From NCBI GenBank assembly GCA_044223005.1, contig JBGAML010000009.1, positions 32,001-96,000 of the forward strand: a DNA stretch of 64,000 nucleotides, in the 5' to 3' direction. Shown one piece after another: positions 53,962-64,000 of this stretch. The notes beneath the pieces are model-generated. The model searched no databases. It was not told the origin of the DNA and saw only the letters and a list, made by a program, of their open reading frames with translations. Position numbers and translations under genes: made by a program. This stretch comes from Candidatus Eiseniibacteriota bacterium (GTDB taxonomy: Bacteria; Eisenbacteria; RBG-16-71-46). Position 1 is the first letter of the stretch, and every line of letters starts with the position of its first letter.

Positions 53962-54633
53962 ATGAGCGAGACGTCGAAGCCGCGCCGCGCGCCCGTGGAC
54001 GACGGCCTGCTCCTCGTGGGGCTGGTCGGCCGCGCGGGCAGCGGCAAGAGCAGCGTCGCGCGCGTCTTCGCCGCCCGCGGCGCCGCGGTGATCGACGCGG
54101 ACCGGCTCGGGCACGAGGTCACCGACCACGATCCCGAGGTGCGCGCCGCGCTGCTCGCCGAATACGGCCCCGCGGTCTACCTCGAGGACGGCACGCTCAA
54201 CCGCCGGCTCGTCGCGACGATGGTGTTCTCGCATGCGGCCGCGCGTGAGCACCTGAATCGCCTCGTGCACCCGCGCATCGTGCAGCGCGTGCGCGCCGAG
54301 TTCGCGCGCCGCGTGGCCGAAGGCTGGCGCGGCACGGTGATCGTGGACGCGGCCCTCATGCTCGACTGGGGCTTCGAGCGCGAGTGCGACGCGGTGATCG
54401 CGGTCGTGGCGCCCGAGGCGGCGCAGGTCGCCCGGCTCGTCGCGGCGCGCGGCTGGTCCGAGGCCGATGCGCGCCGGCGGCTCGACGCGCAGCGCCCGGA
54501 GGCGGCGTTCCGCGAGGCGGCCGACGAGGTGATCGAGAACGCGGGCGCCGAGAGCGCGCTCGAGGCCGCCGCCGTCGCCGCGCTCGAGCGCGTGCGCGCG
54601 CGCCACGCCGCCGCGCTCGGGAGCCGCGCGTGA
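53962..54633 (+). CDS. coaE: Dephospho-CoA kinase
   Basis: GRAGSGKS, IDAD, LNRLVHP, ADEVIEN. Confidence 0.93.
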   Translation: MSETSKPRRAPVDDGLLLVGLVGRAGSGKSSVARVFAARGAAVIDADRLGHEVTDHDPEVRAALLAEYGPAVYLEDGTLNRRLVATMVFSHAAAREHLNRLVHPRIVQRVRAEFARRVAEGWRGTVIVDAALMLDWGFERECDAVIAVVAPEAAQVARLVAARGWSEADARRRLDAQRPEAAFREAADEVIENAGAESALEAAAVAALERVRARHAAALGSRA

Positions 54634-56462
54634 TCGTCGCCGGGATCGTCGCGGCGGTGCTGCTCGGCCTGCTGCTCTGGCGCGTCGCCGTCGCGCGCCG
54701 TCGCGACGACGCGCACGCCGCCACGCGCGACGCCGCCGAGTTGCTCACCGCCGCGCTCGCCGAGGAGGATCCGGTGCGGCGCGTGGAGCGCCTGCGCGAG
54801 GCGATCGCGGCGGGCGAGAAGCTGGCCGGCGCGCAGGGCGAGGTCGTGGTGATGGAAGCCTCGCTCCACCTGGGCGAGAAGCTGCGCGCGCTGGGCCGCC
54901 GCGACGAGGCGATGGAGCATTTCGGCCGCGCGGTCGAACGCTCGTTCCGCGTCGGCGATCCACTCGGGCGCCAGCGGCGCGCGGGCGTGCTGTCGCGGCT
55001 CGCGATCCTCGACCAGGAGTCGGGCAACGTCGCGCGCGCGCGCCAGCGCTACCTCGAGGCGCTCGATCTCGGCAGCGATACCGATTCGGCGCTGCTGCTG
55101 GGCATGCTGACGCAGGCGGCGTTCAACCTCGGCCTGCTCGACACCGACGGCGGCGACGAGGACGCGGCGCGCGTGGCGTGGGAGCGGGCGATCGTGCTGG
55201 GCGAGCGGACCGGGCACCCGAGCGGCTGGGACCCGGCGGCGGTCGCGGCGTTCAACCTCGGCCACCTGTTCGTGCGCCGCGGCGAGATCGACCGCGCGCG
55301 CGCGCTGCTCGAACAGGCGGGGCGCCTCGCCGAACCCTCCGGCACGCCGCTCGGGCTGATGGCGGCGGCCAAGTCGGAGCTGGCGCTGGGCGGCCTCGCG
55401 GCGGCGAACGGGATCTTCGGCGAGGCCGAAGCGGCGCGGCACTACGAGCGGGCGCTGCGATTGGGCGCCGCGAGCGCGCTGCCCGAGGCGGCGTTCGCCG
55501 CGGTGCAGGGCGCGCTCGCGCTGGGCGAGATGGCCGTGGGCGCGGGCCGCTGGCCGGAAGCGGTGGCGCACTTCCGCGAGGCCGTGGCGGTGGCGCCGCG
55601 GGCCGGCGAGTCGGGCGTGCGCTTCGCCGTGCTGGCCGCGCTGCGGCTCGGGCAGTCGCTCGCGGAATCGGGCGTGCGCGAGGAAGCGGACGTGCAGCTG
55701 GCGGCGGCGTTCGACGCCGGTCGCGGCTCCGACGAGGAATGGGTGCGCGAGCTGGCGGCGCAGGCCGCGTGCACGCGGCACCGCGTGCTGTGCGCGCTCG
55801 AGCGCTGGGACGACGCGGCGGATCTCGCGGTCACCGCCGAGACGTTCGCGCGCACGCTCGAATCGCCCACGGGCCGCGCGCTCGCGGCGGCGGGGCACTA
55901 CGCCCGCGCGTTCCAGGTGATGCACGCCGGCGATTCGGTGCGCGCGCGGGAGATGCTGGCCGAGGTGGCCGACGAGGCGTTCGCGACCGAGACCGACGTC
56001 GGCGAGCGCGTGGGGCTCGACGCGCTGCTGCTGCAGGGCCACCTGGAGCGGCGCGCCGAGCGCACCCCCGCGGCGCTCGAGGTGTTCCAGCGGGCGGCGC
56101 GGCGGCTGCGTGATTCGTCGTCGGCCGAGACCGCCGGACTCGCGGCGATGGCCGAGGTCAACGCGGGCCACTGCCTGCTCGCGCTCGAGCGCCGGCTCGA
56201 AGCCACGCACGCGTACGAGCGCGCGCTGGCGCGCGGCCGCACGAGCGGCTCCGCCGGCGGCCGCGCCGCGGCGTCGAACGCGGCGCTCAACCTCGCGTCG
56301 GTGCAGGTCGACGAGTGGCCGGAAGCGCGCCGCCGCGAGATGTACGGCGTCGCGATCGCGCTCGGACGCTCGAGCGGCACGCCGCTCGGCGCCACGTGCG
56401 CGCAGGCCGCGGAACGCGCGTTGCGCGGCGGGGACGAGGACGGCGTGGAGGACGAGAGCTAG
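54630..56462 (+). CDS. Membrane-anchored TPR-like alpha-solenoid protein (610 aa)
   Basis: GTGA overlap; N-terminal TM; repeated AAFNLG / YERAL..G helices. Confidence 0.7.
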   Translation: MIVAGIVAAVLLGLLLWRVAVARRRDDAHAATRDAAELLTAALAEEDPVRRVERLREAIAAGEKLAGAQGEVVVMEASLHLGEKLRALGRRDEAMEHFGRAVERSFRVGDPLGRQRRAGVLSRLAILDQESGNVARARQRYLEALDLGSDTDSALLLGMLTQAAFNLGLLDTDGGDEDAARVAWERAIVLGERTGHPSGWDPAAVAAFNLGHLFVRRGEIDRARALLEQAGRLAEPSGTPLGLMAAAKSELALGGLAAANGIFGEAEAARHYERALRLGAASALPEAAFAAVQGALALGEMAVGAGRWPEAVAHFREAVAVAPRAGESGVRFAVLAALRLGQSLAESGVREEADVQLAAAFDAGRGSDEEWVRELAAQAACTRHRVLCALERWDDAADLAVTAETFARTLESPTGRALAAAGHYARAFQVMHAGDSVRAREMLAEVADEAFATETDVGERVGLDALLLQGHLERRAERTPAALEVFQRAARRLRDSSSAETAGLAAMAEVNAGHCLLALERRLEATHAYERALARGRTSGSAGGRAAASNAALNLASVQVDEWPEARRREMYGVAIALGRSSGTPLGATCAQAAERALRGGDEDGVEDES

Positions 56463-57001
56463 GCGCCCGCGCCCGGGGGCAGCAGCATGTCCTCGAAGAA
56501 GAAGGCGGCGAGCTCGGCGCGGCCGCGCAGTCCCGACTTGCGGTACACGGCCACCGCGTGCTGGCGCACGGTGCGCTCGCTGCGCCCGGTCAGCTGCGCG
56601 ACCTCCTTGTGGCTGTAGCCCTTGAGCAGGAAGAGCGCGGTCTCGCGCTCGGCGGGCGTCAGCGACCACGTCCCGAACTGCGCGTCCATCGCTTCGCCGA
56701 GCCCGCGCAGCGCCTCCTGCGCGCGGGCGCGCCAGGCGTCCCGTTCGGCGGTGTGCTCGGCCAGCGCGGCGCGCGTGTCGGCGAGCGTGGCCTCCGCCTC
56801 GCCCCAGCCGCGCCAGAGCAGGACCGCCGCGGTCGAGCCGAGCAGGACGAGCGCGAGTTCGACCGCGAGGTGCGCCGGCCGCGATTCGCGCGGGGAATCC
56901 GTGACCAGGTCCCACGCGCCGAGCAGCACGGTCACGAGCAGCAGTACCGCGACACGGCGCCGGGCGGGGAAGGCGGGTATGCGGGAACGGGCCTGAGTCA
57001 T
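56459..57001 (-). CDS. Membrane-anchored LuxR-family HTH regulator
   Basis: Two TMs then LTPAERETALFLLKGYSHKEVA...SERTVRQHAVAVYRKSG. Confidence 0.9.
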   Translation of the reverse strand: MTQARSRIPAFPARRRVAVLLLVTVLLGAWDLVTDSPRESRPAHLAVELALVLLGSTAAVLLWRGWGEAEATLADTRAALAEHTAERDAWRARAQEALRGLGEAMDAQFGTWSLTPAERETALFLLKGYSHKEVAQLTGRSERTVRQHAVAVYRKSGLRGRAELAAFFFEDMLLPPGAGA

Positions 57002-57180
57002 TTGCCGGATCCTCGGTCGGACAACGACTTACGGGGGCACCATACGGCATGTGCCCGATGGACGGAACCACCCCTGCGGGCGAGGCTGATCGTGCAGGCG
57101 CCACGAGGCCGCGTGGCGACCGCGGTTGCGAACCCGTTCGCGGGACTCGCACTGCACAGACCCCCCGGAAGGAGCCCGAC

Positions 57181-57795
57181 ATGCCGTCGTCCCGCACGCT
57201 CACCCTCGCGCTGCTCGTCCCCGTCGCGATCGCGATCCTGATCCAGCTCGTGCCCTACGGTCACGACCACACGAACCCGCCCGCGGGCCGGCTCGTGCAG
57301 TGGGATTCGCCCCGCACGCAGGAACTCGCTCGCCGCGCCTGCTTCGACTGCCACAGCAACGAGACGAAGTGGCCCTGGTATTCGTCGATCGCCCCGATCT
57401 CGTGGCGGATCCAGACGCACGTGCGCGAGGGCCGCGAGAAGCTCGACTTCACGGCCTTCGACCCCGCGAACGAGGACGTCGCCGACGCGGCGGGCGAGGC
57501 CAGCGAGACGATCACCAAGGGCGAGATGCCGCCGTCGGACTACCTGCTCGCACATCCGGAAGCCCGGCTGACGCCGGAGGAGAAGCAGGCGCTCATGCGC
57601 GGGCTCGACGCGACGTTCGCGGCTTTCGGCGAGGGCGGCGAGAAGGGTGAAGGCGGCGCGGGCGGCGAAGGCGGCGAGCGGGGCGAGCGCGGTGAGGCCG
57701 GCGAGCGCGGCGCGCTCGCGCCCGCACGTGGCGACTCGCTCGCGGGTGCGCGCCGAGCGGCCGGCGAGCGTGACCGCGACGGGGACCGCGACTGA
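57181..57795 (+). CDS. Haem-binding domain protein (monoheme cytochrome c, Haem_bd-like) with Gly/Glu-rich tail
   Basis: AAGGAG RBS; IQLVPY, ACFDCHSNETKWPWYS, GEMPP..YL..HPEARL. Confidence 0.88.
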   Translation: MPSSRTLTLALLVPVAIAILIQLVPYGHDHTNPPAGRLVQWDSPRTQELARRACFDCHSNETKWPWYSSIAPISWRIQTHVREGREKLDFTAFDPANEDVADAAGEASETITKGEMPPSDYLLAHPEARLTPEEKQALMRGLDATFAAFGEGGEKGEGGAGGEGGERGERGEAGERGALAPARGDSLAGARRAAGERDRDGDRD

Positions 57796-57807
57796 CGGCA
57801 CGCGAGG

Positions 57808-57850
57808 CGCGGCGGTACCCGCGGGCCCCCGGCCCGGCGGTACCGCCGCG
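57808..57850 (+). terminator. GC-rich hairpin after haem-binding gene
   Basis: cgcggcggtacc ... ggtaccgccgcg inverted repeat. Confidence 0.45.
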
Positions 57851-57930
57851 GCGGTTGCCCGCCACGGCGCGTTCCGCGTAAGGTGCCGGGTCGCACGTTC
57901 CGTCTCGACCCTCCGGAGAACACCCCCGCC

Positions 57931-59050
57931 ATGCTCACGTCCGCCGAACTGCGCAAGCGCCTCGAACCCACCTCGCAGAGCCTGGACGGGTTGCGGAGGT
58001 ATCTTTGACCTCGAAACGCTGACGGCCGAGGTCGCGGGCCTCGAAGCCCGCATGGCCGAACCGGGCTTCTGGGACAAGCCGGAGGAAGCGCAGCGCACCG
58101 TCGCGCGCATGAAGTCCGCCAAGCGGGCGATCGACGACTTCACGGCCCGCGACGCGTCACGCCGGAGCATCGCCGAACTGCTCGACATGGCCGAGGCCGA
58201 GAACGACCAGGGCATGCTGGCCGAGATCGAGCAGGAGATCGTCGCGCTCGAGAAGCACGTGGCCGATCTCGAGGTGCGCAGCCTGCTCAAGGGCGAGCAC
58301 GACCGGCTCGGTGCGATCGTGATCATCCATCCCGGCGCCGGCGGCACCGAGTCGCAGGACTGGGCCGAGATGCTCATGCGCATGTACCAGCGCTGGGCCG
58401 AACGCAGTGGCTACAAGGTCACGCTGCTCGACTACCAGGCGGGCGACGAGGCGGGCATCAAGGACGCGACGCTCGAGATCGACGGCGAGTACGCGTACGG
58501 CTACATCAAGGCCGAATCGGGCGTGCACCGGCTCGTGCGCATCTCGCCCTACGACGCGAACGCGCGCCGGCACACGTCGTTCTCGTCCATCACCGTGCTG
58601 CCCATGCTCGACGACACCATCAAGGTGGACATCGCGCCGGGCGACCTGCGCATCGACACGATGCGCGCCGGCGGCGCGGGTGGCCAGCACGTCAACAAGA
58701 CGGAATCCGCGGTCCGCATCACGCACCTGCCCACGGGACTCGTGGTGCAGTCGCAGGCGGAGCGCAGCCAGCACCGCAACAAGGACGCTGCGATGAAGAT
58801 CCTCATGGCGCGGCTGTTCGTGCTCAAGGAGGCCGAGGCCAAGGCCAAGACCGAGGCGCTCGCGGGCCCCAAGAAGGACATCGACTTCGGCAGCCAGATC
58901 CGCTCGTACGTGCTCCAGCCGTACACGATGGCCAACGACCACCGCACCGAAACCAAGATCCCGGACGTGCACGCCGTCCTCGACGGCCAGATCGATCCGT
59001 TCATCGACGCATGGCTGAAAGCGCAGCAGCCGGCGAAGGAGCGCTCATGA
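57931..59050 (+). CDS. prfB: Peptide chain release factor 2 with programmed +1 frameshift
   Basis: ATG 57931, 25 codons to GGAGGT-AT-CTT-TGA-C (CTT 58003-58005); +1 frame has [27 protein letters not shown]. Confidence 0.97.
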
Positions 59051-60432
59051 TTCCCGGTCACATCTTCCGCGAGTACGACATCCGCGGCCTGCACGCCACC
59101 GAGCTCACCGACGAGACCGCCGAGGCGGTCGGCCGCGCGTTCGCGAGCGTGATCCGCCGCGAGGCGCAGGCCGCGGGCAACACCGGGCCGCGCGTTGCGA
59201 TCGGCCGCGACGTGCGCCCGAGCAGCGAACGGCTCGCCGCCGCCGCCGAGAAGGGCATGCTCGCGGCCGGCGTGAGCGTGGATCGCGTCGGCACGGTGCC
59301 GACGCCGGCGCTCTACTACGCGGTGTCCGCGCGCGGGCTCGACGGCGGCATGCAGATCACGGGCAGCCACAACCCGCCCGAGTTCAACGGCTTCAAGATG
59401 GCCAAGCGCAAGCTGCCGCTCTTCGGCGCCGAGATCCAGGGCATGAAGCAGATGATCCTCGCGCAGTCCTGGGAGAGCGGCTCGGGCAGCTGGACCGACC
59501 GGCCGATCCTCGACGACTACCGCGCGATGCTGGTGGAGCGCTGCAAGTCGCCCCGCGGCCTGCGCATCGTGATGGATTGCGGCAACGGCTGCGCCGGCAC
59601 CGTCGTGCCGCAGGTGTTCGAGCGCATGGGCCACACGGTGATTCCGCTCTACGCCGAGCTCGACGGCAACTTCCCGAACCACCTGCCGGACCCGACCGTG
59701 CCCGCGCTGCTCGTCGACCTGCAGAAGAAGGTGGCCGAGACCGGCGCCGACTTCGGCATCGGCTTCGACGGCGACGCCGACCGCATCGGCGCGATCACCG
59801 GCAGCGGCCGCATCGTCTGGGGTGACCAGCTGCTCGCGCTCTTCGCGCGCGACGTGCTGCAGCGCGTTCCGGGCGCGCCGATCATCTTCGACGTCAAGTG
59901 CTCGCAGGGCCTGATCGAGGACATCGCGGCGCACGGCGGCAAGCCCGTCATGTGGAAGACGGGCCACTCGCTCATCAAGAGCAAGCTGCAGGAAACGGGC
60001 GCGCCGATCGCGGGCGAGATGAGCGGCCACATGTTCTTCAGCGAAGGCTTCTTCGGCTTCGACGACGCGCTCTTCGCCGCCGGCCGCCTGCTGCGTTACG
60101 TCGCCGCGAGCGGGAAGTCGCTCGACGAACTGGTCGCGAGCATCCCGCAGTACCACTCGACGCCCGAGACGCGCCTCGCCTGCCCGGAGGAGAAGAAGTT
60201 CCAGATCCCCGAGGCGCTCAAGGCCGAGTTCGCGGCGAAGTACAAGGTGATCGACATCGACGGCGCCCGCGTCGAGTTCGGCGACGGCTGGGGCCTCGTG
60301 CGCGCCTCGAACACGCAGCCCGTGGTCGTCGTGCGCTTCGAGGCGCGGACGCCCGAGCGGCTCGCCGAGATCCAGGCGATGATGATGGGGCCGCTCGAGG
60401 CGCTGGGTGTCGGGGAGGCGATGGGCCACTGA
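59047..60432 (+). CDS. Phosphomannomutase/phosphoglucomutase
   Basis: [34 protein letters not shown]. Confidence 0.95.
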   Translation: MIPGHIFREYDIRGLHATELTDETAEAVGRAFASVIRREAQAAGNTGPRVAIGRDVRPSSERLAAAAEKGMLAAGVSVDRVGTVPTPALYYAVSARGLDGGMQITGSHNPPEFNGFKMAKRKLPLFGAEIQGMKQMILAQSWESGSGSWTDRPILDDYRAMLVERCKSPRGLRIVMDCGNGCAGTVVPQVFERMGHTVIPLYAELDGNFPNHLPDPTVPALLVDLQKKVAETGADFGIGFDGDADRIGAITGSGRIVWGDQLLALFARDVLQRVPGAPIIFDVKCSQGLIEDIAAHGGKPVMWKTGHSLIKSKLQETGAPIAGEMSGHMFFSEGFFGFDDALFAAGRLLRYVAASGKSLDELVASIPQYHSTPETRLACPEEKKFQIPEALKAEFAAKYKVIDIDGARVEFGDGWGLVRASNTQPVVVVRFEARTPERLAEIQAMMMGPLEALGVGEAMGH

Positions 60433-61070
60433 GCGCGGACGCGTTCGGCTCGCCGCTGCCGCGGTCCTTCTACGCGCGCGACGCATGCGTCGTCGCGCGC
60501 GCGCTGCTCGGCCGCGTGCTCGTCTGCGACCTCGCGCGCACGCGCGTCGCGGGGCGCATCGTCGAGGTCGAGGCCTACCGCGGCGCGCACGATCCGGCCA
60601 GCCACGCGTTCCGCGGCCGGACGCCGCGCAACGTCGTGATGTTCGGCCCCGCCGGACACGCGTACGTCTACTTCACGTACGGCATGCACCACTGCCTGAA
60701 CGTGGTCTGCGGCCGCGAGGGCGTCGCCGCCGCGGTGCTCGTGCGCGCGCTCGAGCCGCTGGCGGGGGAGTCGCTGCTCGCGCGCCGGCGCGCCGGCGTG
60801 CCGCGCGAGCGCTGGCTGCGCGGTCCCGGCTGCGTCGCCGCCGGTCTCGGACTCTCCCGGGAGCACGACGGCACCGACCTGGTCGCGGGTGGGCTCTGGG
60901 TCTCGGCCGCGCCGCCGCGGCGGGAGGGCCGCCGCATCGCGACCGGTCCGCGGATCGGCATCCGCGTCGGGCTCGAGCGGCCGTGGCGATACTGGCTCCT
61001 CGGGCACCCTGCGGTATCGGGTCCGCGCACACCGAGTTCCGCGTTGACACCCGCGCGCGGGCGTCCCTAG
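60429..61070 (+). CDS. DNA-3-methyladenine glycosylase (MPG/AAG family), probable CTG start
   Basis: [43 protein letters not shown]. Confidence 0.9.
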   Translation: MSADAFGSPLPRSFYARDACVVARALLGRVLVCDLARTRVAGRIVEVEAYRGAHDPASHAFRGRTPRNVVMFGPAGHAYVYFTYGMHHCLNVVCGREGVAAAVLVRALEPLAGESLLARRRAGVPRERWLRGPGCVAAGLGLSREHDGTDLVAGGLWVSAAPPRREGRRIATGPRIGIRVGLERPWRYWLLGHPAVSGPRTPSSALTPARGRP

Positions 61071-61073
61071 TAT
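61044..61073 (+). promoter_or_regulatory. Candidate sigma70 promoter
   Basis: TTGACA-18 nt-TAGTAT, overlapping the glycosylase stop codon. Confidence 0.5.
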
Positions 61074-61191
61074 CGCGCCCTCGTGCTCCGCACAGTTCGT
61101 TGACCGTGCGCGCTTTCGCTTCTACGAGCGGGAGCGCTTTGGCGTGTCGACGTTCCCCAACATATCGAGAAGAACGGTGGAAAGGAGTGCT

Positions 61192-62808
61192 ATGAGGCCG
61201 TCGCGCAGGATTCTGGCGAAGGCGGTATTCCTCGCCTCGCTGGCCGGCGTGCTCGCCGCCGGTTCGGCCTTCGCGCAGTTCTACGATCCGGCGCTCACGA
61301 CGCTCGGTCTGTCGACCGACGTCGCTCGCAGCCCGCGCCTGCTCGGCATGGGCGGCCTGAGCCTCGCGGTGCCCGATCGCAACCAGAGCCTGACGCTCTG
61401 GGACTTCGCGGGGAGCCCGGTCGGGGCCTACGGCACCGACAGCTCGTCGACGATCGATCTCTGGCCGGGCTCCGGTTCGGCCGACGCGCTGGCGTACGGC
61501 GTGGATCATCCGGTCCGCCAGAACCTCGCGGGCCGGGCCACCGACGGCCGCTTCGAGGCCTTCCATCGCGACGCCGAAGGCACGGCCTGGGGCGTCGCCG
61601 GCGTCGTGCGCTCGCTCCGGCTCGACCAGCTCGCCTCGGCTTCGACCGAAGCGCGCCGCACGGTCGCGCTCCCGGAGGCCACGCCGCTCATCACCGGTCC
61701 GTTCCCGTACTTCGGAGGCGGCAAGCTCCACTACGCCGTGCGCTTCAACTTCTCGCGCGAGCACGTCGAGGACACGTACCTCGGCACCGTCAGCAACGCG
61801 GCGGGCGAGTTCATCGCGCTCGACGGCACGACGCTCACGCCGCCCAGCCTGTTCGACCCGGTCCAGTGGGACGTGCGCCGCGTCGGCATCGGCACGGCGT
61901 GGTCGTATCCCCTCGGCCGCAACGCGACGCTGGCGGCGGGGGTGGACGTCGACCAGAACCGCCTGCTCGGGACCAACGACCAGAAGAAGTCCTCGTCGCA
62001 GGTCAACGAGAAGCGCCCGGTGCGCACGTTCCAGGGAACGCTCGTGGGCAAGCTCGCGAAGAGCCTCGAGTACGGCTTCGACGATCGCTACTGGACGTCG
62101 TCGTCGCAGCAGAACTGGGTCATGTCCGTCTCGGCCGGCGTCGGCACCTACCCGCTCAATGGGCGCGGCAAGCTGCTCGAGCGCGAGGAGAAGGGCAACG
62201 CGTTCGCGGGCCAGATGCGCTGGACCCACGGTCCGGTCGTCTTCGGCGGACGCTACTGGACGCGTGCGGGGCAGGTGACGCTCACGCCTCCGGACGCGAA
62301 CGATCGCACGGCCTTCAACCTGTTCCTGAACCGCGTCTACCAGATCCCGACCGCCGACTCGCTCGCGCTGCCGGACAGCATCGTCGCCAACGAGACGAAG
62401 GAACGCTCGTTCGGTTACGGCTTCGGTGCGTCGTGGAAACTGTCGCAGCGGGCGCTGGCCGGGGCCGAGTACCACTGGGGCCGCCGGGCCTACTCGCAGG
62501 ATATCGCCGGCAGTGGTCCGAAGCCGATCCAGTGGGACTTCCGGGCGGGCCTCGAGTACCAGTGCAGCCCGATCGTCACCGGCCGGATCGGCGGTGGCTA
62601 CGGCTGGCGGGACGCCGACGACCTGACCGAGCACAACGAGTTCAAGTCGCAGATGGTCAGCCTCGGCCTGGGCCTCAAGCCGCCGGGCGCCAGCTACGGC
62701 GTGGACATCGGCTGGTCGATGACCTGGTCGCAGAACGATTTCGACGATCCGACCGGGCAGCACGGCAGCCATCAGCAGGTGCTCGCGCTGATCCACTGGG
62801 GGCTGTAG
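61192..62808 (+). CDS. Outer-membrane beta-barrel protein, FadL/PorV-like N-terminus (538 aa)
   Basis: AAAGGAG RBS; signal peptide; SPRLLGMGG motif; FRAGLEY and other amphipathic strands. Confidence 0.65.
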   Translation: MRPSRRILAKAVFLASLAGVLAAGSAFAQFYDPALTTLGLSTDVARSPRLLGMGGLSLAVPDRNQSLTLWDFAGSPVGAYGTDSSSTIDLWPGSGSADALAYGVDHPVRQNLAGRATDGRFEAFHRDAEGTAWGVAGVVRSLRLDQLASASTEARRTVALPEATPLITGPFPYFGGGKLHYAVRFNFSREHVEDTYLGTVSNAAGEFIALDGTTLTPPSLFDPVQWDVRRVGIGTAWSYPLGRNATLAAGVDVDQNRLLGTNDQKKSSSQVNEKRPVRTFQGTLVGKLAKSLEYGFDDRYWTSSSQQNWVMSVSAGVGTYPLNGRGKLLEREEKGNAFAGQMRWTHGPVVFGGRYWTRAGQVTLTPPDANDRTAFNLFLNRVYQIPTADSLALPDSIVANETKERSFGYGFGASWKLSQRALAGAEYHWGRRAYSQDIAGSGPKPIQWDFRAGLEYQCSPIVTGRIGGGYGWRDADDLTEHNEFKSQMVSLGLGLKPPGASYGVDIGWSMTWSQNDFDDPTGQHGSHQQVLALIHWGL

Positions 62809-62852
62809 GCGCCTTCGGGAATCGAGGCGCGTACGCGCGCGAAAGCTGTGGG

Positions 62853-62905
62853 GGAGAGCCCCGGCGAAAAAAATCGTTGACGTTTCGCCGGGGCTTTCCG
62901 ATAGT
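62853..62905 (+). promoter_or_regulatory. Inverted repeat overlapping a candidate sigma70 promoter
   Basis: ggagagccccggcgaaa / tttcgccggggctttcc arms; TTGACG (62877) in the loop, 17 nt, GATAGT (62900). Confidence 0.4.
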
Positions 62906-63190
62906 GTCCTTGACCGGGCGGTTCCGCCGCCCAGAGCGCGCGCCCTCTTCACCGGCGCCCTCGGCGTGTTGCCGCAGCATCGCACCGCCTCGTCCACCCG
63001 ACCGTGTGCGCTTCGAGTCGCATCGCGTCGCCTCCCACGCAGCAAGGGATCGGCGATCCGTTCGTGGAACTCGCGCTTCGCGAACGAGTTGAAGCCCGGA
63101 AATGCGTTGACACCTCGGTGTGAAGTTGGCACCTTGGGCGGGATTCTGCCAAGGACTCAACGTGTCGCTATCAGTGAGGGTCGTAGCCCC

Positions 63191-64000
63191 ATGCTCTTGA
63201 ACGCCAGACGCTTCTTCGCAGCCACGATGGTTGCCTGCGTGATGCTGGCGGTCGCGGTCCCCGCGCACGCCCAGACCAAGCCGGCGCCCAAGCCGGCTCC
63301 CAAGTCGACCGCACCTGCGGCCAAGCCGGCGACTCCCGCGGCGAAGCCCGCGACGCCGGCGCCCGCGACCGCGCGACCCGCGACGCCCGCTGCGACGCCC
63401 GCGCGTCCTGCGGCTCCCGCGGCTCCGGCGGCCGGCGCCACCGGCAAGATCGCCGGGCGAGTCATGGAACACGGTTCGCCGCTCGGCTACGCGAACGTGA
63501 TCGTGCTCGGCACCAAGCAGGGCGCGGCCTCCGACGAGAACGGCAACTTCGTCATCGCCGGCGTTCCCGTGGGCACGTACCAGGTGAAGATGATCGCGAC
63601 CGGCTACGACCCCGTGATCCAGCAGGTGCAGGTGAACGCGGGCCAGACCGCGAGCCTGACCTTCACCGTGGGCGCCTCCAAGACGGTGAAGACGCTCGAG
63701 GAGATCGAGGTCCGGGCCGAGAAGAAGATCGACACCAAGTCCTCGACCACGAAGCAGACGATCAACTCCGAGAAGCTGCAGGAGATCCCGGTCGACAACC
63801 TGAGCCAGGCCGTCGCCACCAAGGCCGGCATCGTGGCGCAGGGCGGCGAGCTGCACTTCCGCGGCGGCCGTGGCGGTGAGGTGAAGTACCAGTTCGACGG
63901 CGTCGAGGCCACCGACCCGGCCTTCGGCGGCAGCGCGAACATCGCGACCCTCGCGGTCGCTGGCGCCGACGTGCTCTCGGGCGGGTTCGACGCCGAGTAC
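63191..64000 (+). CDS. TonB-dependent receptor with carboxypeptidase-regulatory-like N-domain (partial, runs off window)
   Basis: Translated by hand (absent from the ORF track): signal peptide, Pro/Ala linker, GKIAGRV...ANVIVLGT...DENGNFVI...GY, plug LHFRGGR...DGV...SGGFDAEY. Confidence 0.9.
   Translation, partial: MLLNARRFFAATMVACVMLAVAVPAHAQTKPAPKPAPKSTAPAAKPATPAAKPATPAPATARPATPAATPARPAAPAAPAAGATGKIAGRVMEHGSPLGYANVIVLGTKQGAASDENGNFVIAGVPVGTYQVKMIATGYDPVIQQVQVNAGQTASLTFTVGASKTVKTLEEIEVRAEKKIDTKSSTTKQTINSEKLQEIPVDNLSQAVATKAGIVAQGGELHFRGGRGGEVKYQFDGVEATDPAFGGSANIATLAVAGADVLSGGFDAEY

Noticed and set aside
57628..57717. Ten Gly-X-Y triplets (collagen-like) in the haem-binding protein tail
   Set aside because: Short, Pro-free and Gly/Glu-rich; more plausibly a low-complexity acidic tail.
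63126..63142. TTGGCAC as a sigma54 promoter
   Set aside because: No TTGC-like -12 element at the required spacing.
63271..63440. Repetitive DNA at the start of the TonB-dependent receptor
   Set aside because: Encodes a Pro/Ala/Lys/Thr linker; not an independent repeat element.

Overview
GC-rich (roughly 70%) bacterial chromosomal window from a Gram-negative-type organism. The many secreted proteins with FlgD-Ig/T9SS-like C-terminal domains and a C-terminal TWGxLKxxYR motif suggest a Candidatus Eisenbacteria/Latescibacteria-like lineage (inference only). Main highlight (9.6-20.1 kb, + strand): a largely translationally coupled cluster encoding an NHL beta-propeller, a hexaheme cytochrome whose heme/His spacing follows Geobacter OmcS, a 10-heme cytochrome, an outer-membrane beta-barrel, two CsgG-like lipoproteins, a DUF2155-like protein and a 1049-aa cytochrome with 42 CxxCH motifs. 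It looks like a complete cytochrome-nanowire and export system. It is preceded by a 20-bp perfect palindrome and a sigma54-like promoter, and flanked by a divergent CcmF-C-terminal-like gene. Immediately downstream is an inverted pair of 150-nt elements whose differences are almost all compensatory in one secondary structure with GGA-loop hairpins (candidate structured RNA or MITE). Next comes an adjacent triple-cohesin protein and dockerin-bearing beta-helix protein pair. The rest holds a divergent membrane pyrophosphatase, a PP2C sensor, an acyl-CoA dehydrogenase, a frameshifted IS1-like element with terminal inverted repeats, a sigma54 activator plus Ser/Thr kinase, and housekeeping genes (ftsK, rimO, bamD, nadD, polA, coaE, prfB with programmed frameshift, PMM/PGM, MPG glycosylase). 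The window ends in a partial TonB-dependent receptor. No rRNA, tRNA or CRISPR array was seen. All homology calls come from reading motifs by eye; no searches were run.
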